A DNA stretch of 48,437 nucleotides from Candidatus Fermentibacterota bacterium (GCA_016928395.1 JAFGKV010000144.1:1-48437); one strand, 5' to 3'; positions 36,899 through 47,416 are shown, counted from the stretch's first letter. The notes: generated by a model from the sequence alone, not told the origin. A program made the numbers and translations.

Positions 36899-37431
36899 CT
36901 TCAGTCTCTCCTTGCATGAGGAATTCGCTTACGGCCATGACTCACTTCGGCTCGCACACGACCACAACTTACACAATCACGGCGCCAATGCACGGTCTTG
37001 GTCTGACGCCGGCAGCGAACCCGCGAAAGATGCGGAGAACCCGAGGCGCTTCACCCTAGTCCTTGCATTCGATGAAGTCCCCAAGATCGCAGGGAAGTAG
37101 CAGACGTGATGAGCAGGGCCGCCGCGGATGGGTCGAATTGGCGGGCATGCTCCTCTCATCTGGAGGGTAAGCGGTTCCCCCAGGACGGGCTTCAATTGCG
37201 TGCACCCTCGGATTCCTGCACTGAGCGTGATGGAAAGACCCATCAAGACCTATATTGGTGCCCGATACCCGTGGTCCGCCTGGAAGGCGCAGCGCCTCGG
37301 TCAGGGTTTGCTGTGCACGTATCGTAAACAGCCGCGTGCAATGGGCGTCTGTCTTGGGCGAGGAGCCGGGCGTATGACGGGCCGCTGACCCACCCGACAT
37401 TCTCCGGCATTGATCTGGAGGGAGACACACA

Positions 37432-39516
37432 ATGAGAATTCTGACGTGGTCGATTGGTGCATGCGTGGTGGTGTTCGCCACGGCGGGGACCGCCCAGCAG
37501 AACCTTCAGGCGTGGCACATCCACGGGCAATCCTTCTTGGTGTGGGAGCACACCACGCCGACGCCAGGCGATACCGCAACCTACATGATCTACTCGAGTC
37601 CCTCTCCCATCACGTCACTTCAGGGCCTGCCGACGGTCGAACGGGTGTTCGCCACAAGCGGAGCAAACATGCGTCTCCACGATCTGGTTGCGGATGCCCG
37701 ATGGCTCATACCGTCTGCCACAGGAGTTTTGGTGCCGGTAGCGGCGAACAGCGCCCTGGGAGTGCTCACCCCTTCCGAGGCCGGTGTTGCCTACTACGCG
37801 GTCAGCGCCCCGGGCAGCGAGGAATTCTGTGTTTTCGGGCCGGTGGCCGAAACCGTGGACAGCGTACGAGCCTACATCCAGTACGAAGATGAAGACGTCA
37901 CTGTCTACGGCCATTGGATCGATGGGCGGGCAGACTACTCAGGAGGACGCCCCGAGTATCCCGTGATGGGAACGCCTTCCGCCAATGGCCTTGGCTTCAA
38001 TTTCGCAATGTGGACCGTAGGCAACACCCCTCCCTCCGGCGACCTCCCGCTCGTGGTCGCCCTCCATGGCTACGGTGGTGGCCTGATGAGCTGCGCACCG
38101 ACCGAACCCTTTGGCTTCTACTCGGCGGCGGACAGCGCGTTGGTTGCTACATTGGATGACGCGCTTCCCGAGCGTCTGAGTAGCGCCGTGGCCGAGGTCG
38201 GCACGTTCTGGTTCGGCTGGAACAGCCAGTTCGACAGATTCGACCCCGCGCTGCCCGGCCCGGGGGCCGTGATCGTCGACTACACCGCGCGCCGCATGTG
38301 GTGGGAAATCGACTGGCTCACGGACCACTACCCCGTCAACCTGGATCGGGTCTCGTTCATGGGGGTGAGCATGGGGGGGTTCGGCACCCTCGTTCATTCA
38401 CAGATGAGAGCTGAGCAGATCAGTGCGGCACTGGCCTTCGTTCCGGTATTCGATATTGGCACATTGAGTGCAGCTCCTTTCTACCTCTTCGGCAACCAGG
38501 TTCAGAATCTTCCCACATCCTTGCCGGGATCACCCGGCTTCTACGATGTCTCGCGCCAGTCGTGGCGCCTCCAAAACCGAGCCAATGACTGGCCCTACAC
38601 CATGATCGTCTGCGGCAAGAACGATGAGGTTGTGGGCTGGGAAGACAAACCTGACGGGTATCGGCAACTCGATTCAGCGACTACGGGCTTCGGGCTCTAC
38701 TGGGATGAGCGGTTCCATGCAGACTGGGTGGGTTACCACTGGGATGCCTCGGCGCACCTTCACGCAAACTACCTGGCCGGCTTTTCCCGGGTACAATCAT
38801 TCCCGGCATTCTCAGGCGCCGATCTTGACTTTGGCGCACAGGGTCAACAGCCGGATCCAGGCGACGGGGATCCCCAGAATGGCGATCCCTGGGGCACGTG
38901 GGGAGGCTATCTCGAGTGGGACGCCGAATCTATAGTGGACATGCTTGACGAATGGGCAGTAAGCTTCTGGATCGTTACGGAGTCCCTCTACCCCAACGAC
39001 ATCCCCGCCGCGGACAGCCTGCGCACCTCCATCACCATTCGACGAGCGCAGGCGTTCGAGCCTGAGAGTGGTCTTCGTTGGTCACTGACACGGGAGAGTG
39101 ACGGAGCGATCATGCAGGATGGCATTGCAGTCCCGAATGACGGTGTGGTCACCGTCCCCGCCATCATCGCGCGGAAGTACCCACAGAGACTCACAATCCT
39201 CAACGGCGCGTGCATCGACTTCGACGTGGCAGTCCCAAGCCGATTGCCCAGGATCACGAGTCTTCACCCCATACCTGCAACGGAAGCCCTAACGGTGGCG
39301 TACGCACTGCCTGCATCGGGTCAGACGAAGCTCGTGGTGATGGATCTGCTGGGGCGCTCCGCAGGGGTCTTCAGTTCGGGAATACAGCCAGCAGGAGATC
39401 ACACGACGCATCTGTCGCTCTCGACGGTTGACTTTTCCCTGGCGCCCGGTGTCTACGCGCTGGCCTTAGTCCAAGAGGGTCATGGATCAGCGTCTCGACT
39501 GGTGGTCGTGCGGTAG
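37432..39516 (+). CDS. Secreted alpha/beta-hydrolase-fold protein with T9SS-like C-terminal domain
   Basis: RBS GGAGG; signal peptide; PLVVALHGYGG, GVSMGG nucleophile elbow, GKND, WDERFH; HPIPA...MDLLGR...PGVYAL C-terminus. Confidence 0.85.
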   Translation: MRILTWSIGACVVVFATAGTAQQNLQAWHIHGQSFLVWEHTTPTPGDTATYMIYSSPSPITSLQGLPTVERVFATSGANMRLHDLVADARWLIPSATGVLVPVAANSALGVLTPSEAGVAYYAVSAPGSEEFCVFGPVAETVDSVRAYIQYEDEDVTVYGHWIDGRADYSGGRPEYPVMGTPSANGLGFNFAMWTVGNTPPSGDLPLVVALHGYGGGLMSCAPTEPFGFYSAADSALVATLDDALPERLSSAVAEVGTFWFGWNSQFDRFDPALPGPGAVIVDYTARRMWWEIDWLTDHYPVNLDRVSFMGVSMGGFGTLVHSQMRAEQISAALAFVPVFDIGTLSAAPFYLFGNQVQNLPTSLPGSPGFYDVSRQSWRLQNRANDWPYTMIVCGKNDEVVGWEDKPDGYRQLDSATTGFGLYWDERFHADWVGYHWDASAHLHANYLAGFSRVQSFPAFSGADLDFGAQGQQPDPGDGDPQNGDPWGTWGGYLEWDAESIVDMLDEWAVSFWIVTESLYPNDIPAADSLRTSITIRRAQAFEPESGLRWSLTRESDGAIMQDGIAVPNDGVVTVPAIIARKYPQRLTILNGACIDFDVAVPSRLPRITSLHPIPATEALTVAYALPASGQTKLVVMDLLGRSAGVFSSGIQPAGDHTTHLSLSTVDFSLAPGVYALALVQEGHGSASRLVVVR

Positions 39517-39719
39517 AGACCGATGGCTGGTGAGACGGGCTGAGCAACCCACCGGCTGACCCCGCCTACCTCCCCAGAGCCGTCGCCTCCCCTTACAGGC
39601 GATGGTATTTGGCGCCATCACTGCGTGTCATTGTACGGACTGGCCAACCAGAGAACCTGGGTCAGCGCCGCCGGATTCGTGCAGGCGGAACGAGACGATA
39701 TGCCTCGCCCAAGCGCCGC

Positions 39720-40151
39720 CTACACCTCCACGCCGGAGGCCCAGCTCTTTAGGATTCGCTCGACTTCCTTGGGCAATCTCGGCCTGCCTCGCGCGTCCAG
39801 GGCCGTGCCGACGATTCGGGCCTTGAGGATGATGGCATGGTCGGGAAGTCTTCTGATCTCTTGCAGGAAGGCGATCCGAAGCCGCGACTCGCGCTCCACC
39901 CTGACCCCGACGAAAAACTCGTCTCCGGGCCGCAATGGCCTCTTGTAGTCAAGTTCCGCACGGACCACGACCATGTTGATGCCCTGTTCCGTGTATGCTG
40001 CGAAGTCCACGCCGATGCTCTTCAGGAATTCGTGGCGGGCATGCTCGAGGTAGTGCTGATACACCGCATTGTTCACGACTCCCTGGAGATCACACTCGTA
40101 GTCGCGAACAACCATGACCACGCTGAAGGCACTTGCACTGCTCTCGTTCAT
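39720..40151 (-). CDS. Acyl-CoA thioesterase (YbgC/FadM hot-dog fold)
   Basis: VRDYECDLQGVVNNAVYQHYLEHAR, ELDYKRPL. Confidence 0.92.
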   Translation of the reverse strand: MNESSASAFSVVMVVRDYECDLQGVVNNAVYQHYLEHARHEFLKSIGVDFAAYTEQGINMVVVRAELDYKRPLRPGDEFFVGVRVERESRLRIAFLQEIRRLPDHAIILKARIVGTALDARGRPRLPKEVERILKSWASGVEV

Positions 40152-40254
40152 GTCAGTCTCTCCCTCGTTCATGCCCTCCACGACACGAGCTGTTGCCGGC
40201 GGAGCAGAATCCTCTGCTCTGCACCCTTCGTGGGGACGCCACGCGGTCTCACGC

Positions 40255-40662
40255 TCATGTCGACGCGCCCAGGAAGTCGGTGATGTCCCACTCGCCCCAG
40301 CGGTCGGTGATGCGATTGTCATGAATCTCGATGATCTCGATGCCGGTCATGTGGACCACCTCGTGGGTCGGTCCCCTGCCCATGAACCGGACGCGATTAG
40401 TGCCCGTGGCCGACCACCGCACTGCCACGCGACCCGCTGTCTCATCGATCACCAGATCCTCGACCTGGGCCTGGAGATCGGGAAAAGCAGCGACGAGTTC
40501 TTCAAGACCCAGCCAGAAGGCTTCCCTTGTGGTACCGCGGCACGCGGAGGAGTGGTCCACGAACTCCTCGGCATGCAGCGCGTCGAACTCCCTTCTGTCG
40601 GGGTCGGCACACCAGAGAGAAATCCAACGGCTGGTAATCTGCGCAAGAGCTTCCCTGTCCAT
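40255..40662 (-). CDS. SnoaL-like ester cyclase (NTF2 fold)
   Basis: FVDH, AFPDLQAQVEDLV, VAVRWSATGT, FMGRGPT, GIEII...RITDRW. Confidence 0.88.
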   Translation of the reverse strand: MDREALAQITSRWISLWCADPDRREFDALHAEEFVDHSSACRGTTREAFWLGLEELVAAFPDLQAQVEDLVIDETAGRVAVRWSATGTNRVRFMGRGPTHEVVHMTGIEIIEIHDNRITDRWGEWDITDFLGAST

Positions 40663-40722
40663 CGCTGACCTCCCTTCGCGGCGTCGAAAGGCGCGCCATA
40701 CGTCTTGCTCCCGGGCGCAGGT

Positions 40723-40917
40723 TTAGTCTTTGAACACGTCCGAATGCAGCTCGCCGCCCGTGGCCCAGTTGTCCTTGGGCAACTCCTCGATCTGGATGGT
40801 GACCGCATGGGCCGGCACCTCCGCAACCCGCACCATGGTCTCGGTCAATGCCTTGGCCAAGGTGGCCTTCTGTTCCTTGGTCCGCCCCGACCAGAGGCTT
40901 ACTCGTATGATAGGCAT
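40723..40917 (-). CDS. 4-oxalocrotonate tautomerase family protein
   Basis: AAGGAGG RBS; (M)PIIRV..GRTKEQK catalytic Pro1, NWATGG; 64 aa. Confidence 0.93.
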   Translation of the reverse strand: MPIIRVSLWSGRTKEQKATLAKALTETMVRVAEVPAHAVTIQIEELPKDNWATGGELHSDVFKD

Positions 40918-41338
40918 GACTTCCTCCTTGTTGTTGAACGACCTCTCTGGAAGATACACACTCTGCCCCACGCCGGCACCCTGATCAGCCCCTCATTCCT
41001 TGGGATGAAACCTGTCACCCCGTCGCAGTAGACCACTTCTCTGGCCGCTCCGACAGGATCGCTTCACCGATCATGGCGTGTGAATGCCCCGCGAGGCGCG
41101 ACCTGTTGTCAGATAGACTATCGCGGCTTCGCTAGGTCACACAGCCCGGGTGTGCGTGCCCACGCAATAGCCACTCCAGCACTCGAGCTCACCCCGAATT
41201 CCCAACCCTGCCTCCTGAACCCTGAACCCTCAAGCTCCTCTGTGCACCTAACCTCCGCCGGGCTGCGCTGTAGCGCCAGGAGCAGGCTCCCGATTATCTT
41301 GGATGGCGTCTCGCACCAGACCGCCATGGGAGGACACA

Positions 41339-41983
41339 ATGAGTGTTGTCGATAGGTTGGCGTCGTCTCAGGGCCTCCGCACGCAGGAGGCCAACAGTGC
41401 CGTCGCGCTGGAGTGTACCGCCCGGCCCGAGTTGATTCCCGACATCGTTGGAGGTCTCACAGCCGGAAGCAACCTGCTGGCGGGGGATTGCGCGGAGGTG
41501 ATGACCAAGGTTGCGGAAACACGGCCTGATCTCGTGGCGCCCCATGCGGAGGCCCTCTGCGCCCTCCTCGGACACACGAACGGGAGGGTACGCTGGGAAT
41601 CGGCCCATGCGCTGGCACTCATTGCCCCCTTCGTGCCCGAGGTGATCGAGCGGGAACTCGACGCGTTCCGAAAGATCATATCCGCGGACAAGAGCGTCAT
41701 CATACGCGACTACATCATCGATGCGGTGGGAGCATACGGCAGGAGCGAGCGCGACGCGGCCGAGCGGGCCTTCCCAATCCTGCGCGAGACACTTGCCGCG
41801 TGGGAGGGCAAGCATGCGGCCAGAACACTGGTAGCCCTGGGGAGGCTCGCGGCGACGCATCCTGCGCTCGGCGGGGAGGTAGCCGGCCTGGCGCGGGACT
41901 TCCTCACCCATGCTCGTCCGGGCATACGCAAGGCCGCCAGGGCCGCTCTGAAGTCGGCCGAGAGTGCGAGGAAAACGACATGA
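41339..41983 (+). CDS. HEAT-repeat protein
   Basis: GGAGG RBS; helical repeats GRVRWESAHAL, SVIIRDYIIDAV, PGIRKAARAAL. Confidence 0.8.
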   Translation: MSVVDRLASSQGLRTQEANSAVALECTARPELIPDIVGGLTAGSNLLAGDCAEVMTKVAETRPDLVAPHAEALCALLGHTNGRVRWESAHALALIAPFVPEVIERELDAFRKIISADKSVIIRDYIIDAVGAYGRSERDAAERAFPILRETLAAWEGKHAARTLVALGRLAATHPALGGEVAGLARDFLTHARPGIRKAARAALKSAESARKTT

Positions 41984-43059
41984 CTACTACACCGCGCTCG
42001 CAGGATCGTAGGCGGGTGATGCACAGCGCAGCCTCATCCATCGCGATGCTGCTCTGCTTTGCGCTCTGTGCGTCTATCCTCGTCGGAGTATCATGGAGCG
42101 AGGGGGAATCGGTCGACATGAGCCTTCGCCTTGCGGTCGGCCCGACTGCCGCTCCCGTCACCTCTGGCACGGTCTGGCTCCTTCACTATGGCTGGGGGCG
42201 GCTCGATTCGGTGAGGCTGGCCGAGATCGGAACGGAGCCTATCCGAATCGCCCTCACACCCCAGAGGCGTGATTCTATGATTCCGCCGAAGCTTCATACG
42301 GAAGGCTGCGTCGCGGCCATCGAGCTTCCGGGCCCCACCTGGTATCGAACCGCGGACGTATCGCGGGCCGATCTGATCCGCGATTTCAAGACCGTCTTCT
42401 GGGCACTGGGTGAAAAGGTCGAAGATGAGTCAGGCCCTCCAACTCTCCTCCTTCGCGATCACCCCCTGCGCGTCCTGCGCCTTCTCGACCTGGAAGGCAA
42501 TCCGGTTGGCGGCAAGGAGGTCGAAGTCTCCGTCTATCTCACCGACAAGAACCACTGCGGGCATCATCACGGATTGAGGGTGGGCACGTTCCGCACCGAT
42601 GATCTGGGGGAGGTCAGCCTCCACGCACCTCTCGTAGATCTCTACCTAGACCGCGTACGCTACTTCGAGGACGAAGGTTCAGGTCCGTGGGGTCGCAGGT
42701 TCAGCGGTTGTGAGGGTCTCCGACTGGGGCCAGACCCGGTCGTAACCCTTCAGAGAGCCTGGGATCTGCCTTCGTTGGACGTGTCGGTACAGGTATGGGA
42801 TTCAGCCGGGGAGCCTGTGCGGGAGATACTGCTGGGACACTGTCTGCGTGCCTCAGAGTGCGGCTGCAACTGCGGAACCCTCTGGCAGACAGATCAGCAT
42901 GGGGTCATTCGTGCGTCATTGAGACCCGGAGACACTGAACAGATTTGGCTCAGCCGGGTCTCCCGAGGTGCCGAGAAAGACCGCCCCCTCACCGACGACG
43001 AGATCCGAAGGCTGTTCGACGAAGGCAGCCTGACGATTCGTCTCTCGGAGGAGGATTAG
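41980..43059 (+). CDS. Hypothetical exported protein with His/Cys clusters
   Basis: ATGA overlap with the upstream gene; hydrophobic signal; NHCGHHHG and CLRASECGCNCG; repeated DxxGxPV...TDxxG beta-sandwich-like segments. Confidence 0.72.
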   Translation: MTTTPRSQDRRRVMHSAASSIAMLLCFALCASILVGVSWSEGESVDMSLRLAVGPTAAPVTSGTVWLLHYGWGRLDSVRLAEIGTEPIRIALTPQRRDSMIPPKLHTEGCVAAIELPGPTWYRTADVSRADLIRDFKTVFWALGEKVEDESGPPTLLLRDHPLRVLRLLDLEGNPVGGKEVEVSVYLTDKNHCGHHHGLRVGTFRTDDLGEVSLHAPLVDLYLDRVRYFEDEGSGPWGRRFSGCEGLRLGPDPVVTLQRAWDLPSLDVSVQVWDSAGEPVREILLGHCLRASECGCNCGTLWQTDQHGVIRASLRPGDTEQIWLSRVSRGAEKDRPLTDDEIRRLFDEGSLTIRLSEED

Positions 43060-43154
43060 TCTATCTCCCTGCGGCACCGTCCGAGACGCGGTGTCGAGAC
43101 CTCCACCGCACAGGGGGAGTTCCGCGAACTGCGCGCCCATCACAGCCCCGGCGG

Positions 43155-43182
43155 TGCAACCTGAACACACCCTGAACCGTCA
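43155..43182 (+). promoter_or_regulatory. ECF-type promoter (TGCAAC-N17-CGTCA), probably autoregulatory
   Basis: AAC at 43158-43160 and CGT at 43178-43180 fit the general ECF AAC/CGT consensus, directly before an ECF gene. Confidence 0.65.
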
Positions 43183-43193
43183 TACTATGTGAA

Positions 43194-43733
43194 ATGAACA
43201 GAGAACAGGCCTTCACTACACTACTGGAACAAGAGAAGGACCGCGTGTACAGCTACGCGCTGCACGTGCTCCATCACCCGGAGGATGCCGAGGATGTCGT
43301 CCAACATGCCTTCATTCAGCTCTGGCGTGAATGGGATCACATTGGGCGCGACAAACGGAAGCGGTGGCTGATGCAGGTGCTCCACAATCGCTGCATGGAC
43401 AGCATTCGAAGCCGACGGGCAACCGGTGCGAGGTTTCTCCCCACAGGGCAAGGTCATTTGGAGACTGCAACCATGACCGTGGCATCGCCGTTGACGGCAG
43501 ACGCCCGGCTCGAAGGACACGATGTGCGCAAGGTCATCGAGGCGGGTATGGAAACCCTGCCCGACTCAACCAGGAGCATGATGGTGCTACACTATTTCCA
43601 GGATCAACCATTGGACGGGATCGCCGACCTGTTGAGAGTCCCGGTGGGAACGGTCAAGGCGGCCCTGCACCGTGGCAGGAAGAAGCTGCTTGAGTTTGTG
43701 CTCGCGACCTGCCCCGATGTGGTGGAATCATGA
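43194..43733 (+). CDS. ECF RNA polymerase sigma factor
   Basis: DAEDVVQHAFIQLW, WLMQVLHNRCMD, LHYFQD...IADLLRVPVGTVKAALHRGRKKL. Confidence 0.93.
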   Translation: MNREQAFTTLLEQEKDRVYSYALHVLHHPEDAEDVVQHAFIQLWREWDHIGRDKRKRWLMQVLHNRCMDSIRSRRATGARFLPTGQGHLETATMTVASPLTADARLEGHDVRKVIEAGMETLPDSTRSMMVLHYFQDQPLDGIADLLRVPVGTVKAALHRGRKKLLEFVLATCPDVVES

Positions 43734-44284
43734 AGAACATCACCTGCGACGAGCTAGACAGATTGCTGCAGGAGCGCTTCCTGGGGACGCTCAATGGAGA
43801 CGAAGCTCTGGCTTTGCAGGCCCACATCGAGGGGTGTGCGTCGTGCAGAGCGCGGGTCGGGGCCGACGATGCGATCGCCCGAACACTTGCCACCATGCCG
43901 GCCATCCCCTGTCCTCCCCATGTACTGCGCGCCATCAAAGCCGCCACGGTGGACCACCCCACGCCCGCGCGACGATCTCGCCGACTGCCGTCATGGCAGA
44001 TGTTCGGATGGAAGCCGGCATGGGCGGGGATGGCGGCCGCATGCGCGTGCCTTGCGCTGTTCCTCATGAGCAGGGCTTTGAGGCATGACACTGAGCCCTT
44101 TGACATAGACCCGGGTAGAGTGGAGGCCACGGCCGATGTGGTAAGATGGAGCATTGTATACGCGGCTCACACGCTCCATCACACACAGGCGCGGGTCCTC
44201 CACCAGACAGTCGCGGGAGACCTCCCGCGGAGCCTGCATTCCGCAGTGAGCCGTGTACCCATACTGAGAGGAGTAATCCTATGA
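43730..44284 (+). CDS. zf-HC2 anti-sigma factor
   Basis: CDE...AHIEGCASC, one TM helix; ATGA overlaps on both sides. Confidence 0.88.
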   Translation: MKNITCDELDRLLQERFLGTLNGDEALALQAHIEGCASCRARVGADDAIARTLATMPAIPCPPHVLRAIKAATVDHPTPARRSRRLPSWQMFGWKPAWAGMAAACACLALFLMSRALRHDTEPFDIDPGRVEATADVVRWSIVYAAHTLHHTQARVLHQTVAGDLPRSLHSAVSRVPILRGVIL

Positions 44285-44862
44285 AACGTTCTCCCCTGAT
44301 CGTCGTGCTGCTGTGTTCGGCGACTCTGGCCTTGGCGGCCGATCCCGTGCAGAAGGAGCTCAGAGACCACCCCGGCTTCGTGGATCTGTCACGAATCAAG
44401 ATCCCTTCGGATGCCTCCAGTGTGACGGAGGTCACCATCGGGCCTGATCTCCTAAAAGCGACCTTGGCGGCTCTCCCCGAGAGCGTCGGCGCGGGCCTGC
44501 CTCCGGACCTTCTGGATGGTCTCATCGGCCTGCAGGTTCGCTCATTCAAGCCTTCGTCCGGTGAAGCCAAGGCGGTGCAGCATACGGCCCAGCAAATAGC
44601 GAGTGATCTGCTGGGCAAAGGGTGGAGCCGGATCATCCGCGTGGCCGATGGCGATGACCTCGTCACTATCGACTTCAAGTATCAAGACGGGGGTATGGCA
44701 GGCTTGATGATCATGGCCATAGAGCCCGACGAAGTCGCCCTCGTGAACATCGTCGGCAGCCTCAACCTCCAGGCCATCCTCTCCCTGGCGAGCCAGGGCC
44801 TTGACCCCGCGGCATTGGACAGCCTGCAGAAAGCCGTACAACAGGCAACCGGCTCCAAGTAG
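44281..44862 (+). CDS. Exported DUF4252-like protein
   Basis: Signal peptide ending ALA; HPGFVDL, VTEVTI, LQVRSF, GWSRIIRV, GLMIM, LVNIVGSL; typical third gene of such ECF operons. Confidence 0.75.
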   Translation: MKRSPLIVVLLCSATLALAADPVQKELRDHPGFVDLSRIKIPSDASSVTEVTIGPDLLKATLAALPESVGAGLPPDLLDGLIGLQVRSFKPSSGEAKAVQHTAQQIASDLLGKGWSRIIRVADGDDLVTIDFKYQDGGMAGLMIMAIEPDEVALVNIVGSLNLQAILSLASQGLDPAALDSLQKAVQQATGSK

Positions 44863-45206
44863 CACTATCTCCCGTGCCGCGGCCTCCGGGCCGCGGCACG
44901 CCCATTCATCCTCTCTCTCACGCCTATCATACGGGCGAAGAGAGGCCCCGTGCAGCTCACCGCACTGCAGGAACACACTCTACGCACCATTCCCAAGAGC
45001 AGGAGCTCCGCATCCTTAGGTGCTGGGGCAACCGGCACGAGCCGCGAATGCAGCTTCTGTTCGCGCCGGACGGCGCTCCAACACTGAGCCTTCCCCACAA
45101 GCCCGACGGTTGCCCGCGGCGGGCCGCGCTTGCCTGAGAGGTGCCCGTGGTGTTCAATGAGGGCCTTGCGACGAATACCAAATACCACTCCTCGGGAGTC
45201 AGGCCC

Positions 45207-45980
45207 GTGATCGTGATTCCTCTCCAGTCAGGCAGCAGCGGAAACTGCATCTATGTCGAGTCCGGCGACACCGCCGTGCTCCTGGATGCGGGCGTCGCCG
45301 GCGTCCACGTCCAGAGGCGACTCGACGCCCGGGGATGCGACATCCGGGGTGTACGCGCCGTGGTGGTGTCCCATGATCACATGGATCACGCCAGTCATGC
45401 AGGAGTCCTCCACCGTAAGTGCGGAATTCCCGTCTACTGCACGATGGCGACCATCGCGCGGATGCGGGAAAAGATGGAGGTGGGCAGGATCGGCGATCTG
45501 CAGCTCTTCTCGGCGGGGACGACCCTCGCCATCGGCTCCCTGCTCATCGACACGATCCCGACCCCCCACGACGGTGCAGACGGCGTCGCCTTCATTGTCC
45601 GTGCCGAAGGGCTGCGCCTGGGCATCCTCACCGACCTGGGCCATGTCTTTCCCGGCCTTTCCGAGCGAATCGCGGCCCTGGATGCGGTGATCATCGAGAG
45701 CAACTATGACCCGGACTTGCTGGCCCGGGGTCCATACCCGCCATGGCTCCAGGCGCGCATCAAAGGCCCCGGTGGGCACCTCTCCAATGAGGAGAGCGCC
45801 GGCATCCTCAGCGCGGCAAATCGAACCCGCCTCCAATGGGCATGTCTTGCCCATCTCTCTGAGAACAACAACCGGCCGGATCTCGCCGAAACTGCGCACC
45901 GCGCACTGCTGGGGAGCGAACTCCGGCTCTTCATCGCAGATAGATACGGCGCATGCGGGCCGTTCGAGGTCGTAGCGTGA
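45207..45980 (+). CDS. MBL-fold metallohydrolase (YycJ/WalJ-like)
   Basis: QSGSSGNC, LDAG, SHDHMDH, PHDG, TDLG, IESNYD, GHLSN, LAHLSENNN; GTG 45207 with GGGAG RBS. Confidence 0.92.
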   Translation: MIVIPLQSGSSGNCIYVESGDTAVLLDAGVAGVHVQRRLDARGCDIRGVRAVVVSHDHMDHASHAGVLHRKCGIPVYCTMATIARMREKMEVGRIGDLQLFSAGTTLAIGSLLIDTIPTPHDGADGVAFIVRAEGLRLGILTDLGHVFPGLSERIAALDAVIIESNYDPDLLARGPYPPWLQARIKGPGGHLSNEESAGILSAANRTRLQWACLAHLSENNNRPDLAETAHRALLGSELRLFIADRYGACGPFEVVA

Positions 45981-46801
45981 GGCACGCCGCATCCACCCTG
46001 GCGGCAGCCGCTTTCGCCTGTTCCCTGTGCAGTTGTGTTTCTTCACGGTCAGATCCATCCTCGGGCACGCCCCACGCCCAGGTGCCAGCGCATTCGTCAT
46101 CGACGGTCCCGCTCTACGGCTACAGAGTGGTGCGGGCATTTCCCCATGACCGGGAGGCCTTCACCCAGGGTTTCACGTATGCCAATGGGTATTTCTACGA
46201 GGGTACCGGCCTCAACAAAGCGTCGAGTATTCGTCAGGTGGAAGTGGAGACCGGCGAAGTGCTGAGGTCTCGTCCGCTGCTGGAGCGCTATTTCGGCGAA
46301 GGGATTGCGGTCAGGGAGAATCGACTGGTGCAACTCACCTACACATCCCGCTGCGGGTTCATCTACCGCACCGACACCTTCGACTCCCTGGGAACGTTCG
46401 AGTATGATACCGAAGGCTGGGGCATCACCCATGATGGTCGCCGGTTCATCATGAGTGACGGCTCGCCTGTCCTTCGGATGCTGGATCCCGAGACCATGCA
46501 GGTGGTGGACAGCCTCCACGTGAAGAACGGGGATACGCCGGTTCCCGGGCTCAATGAGCTGGAGTTCGTACAGGGGGAGATCTATGCCAATGTCTGGCCG
46601 TCGTTCTTCATCGTCCGAATCGACCCGAGAACGGGCCGGGTGATCGGCCTGATCGATCTCCGCGGTATACTCCCTCCGGAAGAGCTCCACCGGGTTGACG
46701 TGCTGAATGGAATCGCCTACGACCCGCTGGAGGACAGGCTTTTTGTCACAGGTAAGTTCTGGCCGGTCATACTGGAGATCGAGCTGGTGTTACGGCGGTA
46801 G
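45977..46801 (+). CDS. Glutaminyl-peptide cyclotransferase (plant/bacterial beta-propeller type), probable lipoprotein
   Basis: PHDREAFTQG, YEGTG, FGEGI, EGWGIT, SDGS, LNELE, YANVW, VLNGIAYD, VTGKFWP; GTGA overlap. Confidence 0.93.
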   Translation: MRHAASTLAAAAFACSLCSCVSSRSDPSSGTPHAQVPAHSSSTVPLYGYRVVRAFPHDREAFTQGFTYANGYFYEGTGLNKASSIRQVEVETGEVLRSRPLLERYFGEGIAVRENRLVQLTYTSRCGFIYRTDTFDSLGTFEYDTEGWGITHDGRRFIMSDGSPVLRMLDPETMQVVDSLHVKNGDTPVPGLNELEFVQGEIYANVWPSFFIVRIDPRTGRVIGLIDLRGILPPEELHRVDVLNGIAYDPLEDRLFVTGKFWPVILEIELVLRR

Positions 46802-46944
46802 CCTCTCTGTTGGGTGATACCGCTCGCGAGCCCACCCTGCATCTCTGTGGACTACGCTGTAACTTCACAGGGGAGCAGAGGTTCCCACGCAGAGCATGAG
46901 ATCGAGCCGGAGGAATGAGGAGCACGGATCTCATCACCCGGCTT

Positions 46945-47352
46945 GACCGGGAGATCCAGAAGTCGGTCGATGTGCGTCGGCCTGGATTGCCCGAACGAGT
47001 CGGGCAATAACGGGGGGAAGTGTGGAAATTGCGCCATGTATCGTCCGCGCGAATCCGGGGCCCCCACTTGTTCCAGAGAACTGCAAAGTTCGTACTCGAG
47101 CTTGGATTCCCGGCTCGCCGATTGCGACTGCGATTACGATAACGATAGCGATACCGACCTGAGCCGCCGACGGGCGACCAGGGACGATCGCCCCTAAGAG
47201 GCAACGGTTCCTCGCACAGCTCTGCCCGGACTCTGTGCCCGCCCGTTGCGCCGCGTACCCTCAACCTCATGGACCTTTGTACACCCCGCGCCATCAGAGG
47301 CCCGATTGAACCCTGAATCCTGAACCCTGGGAACGCGAGCGAAGCAAAATCC
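46945..47352 (-). repeat. ~400-bp dispersed non-coding element, copy B
   Basis: Reverse complement aligns block by block with 10575-10975. Confidence 0.88.
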
Positions 47353-47416
47353 ACCACAGAGGGCACCCCGCATCCGCACGCGCGGGGCCACCCAGAGACC
47401 GCAGAGCAGATTCAGC

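Noticed and set aside
36899-37431. Small ORFs in long intergenic gaps (also 12933-13331, 40918-41338, 44863-45206)
   Set aside because: No RBS, motif or compositional support
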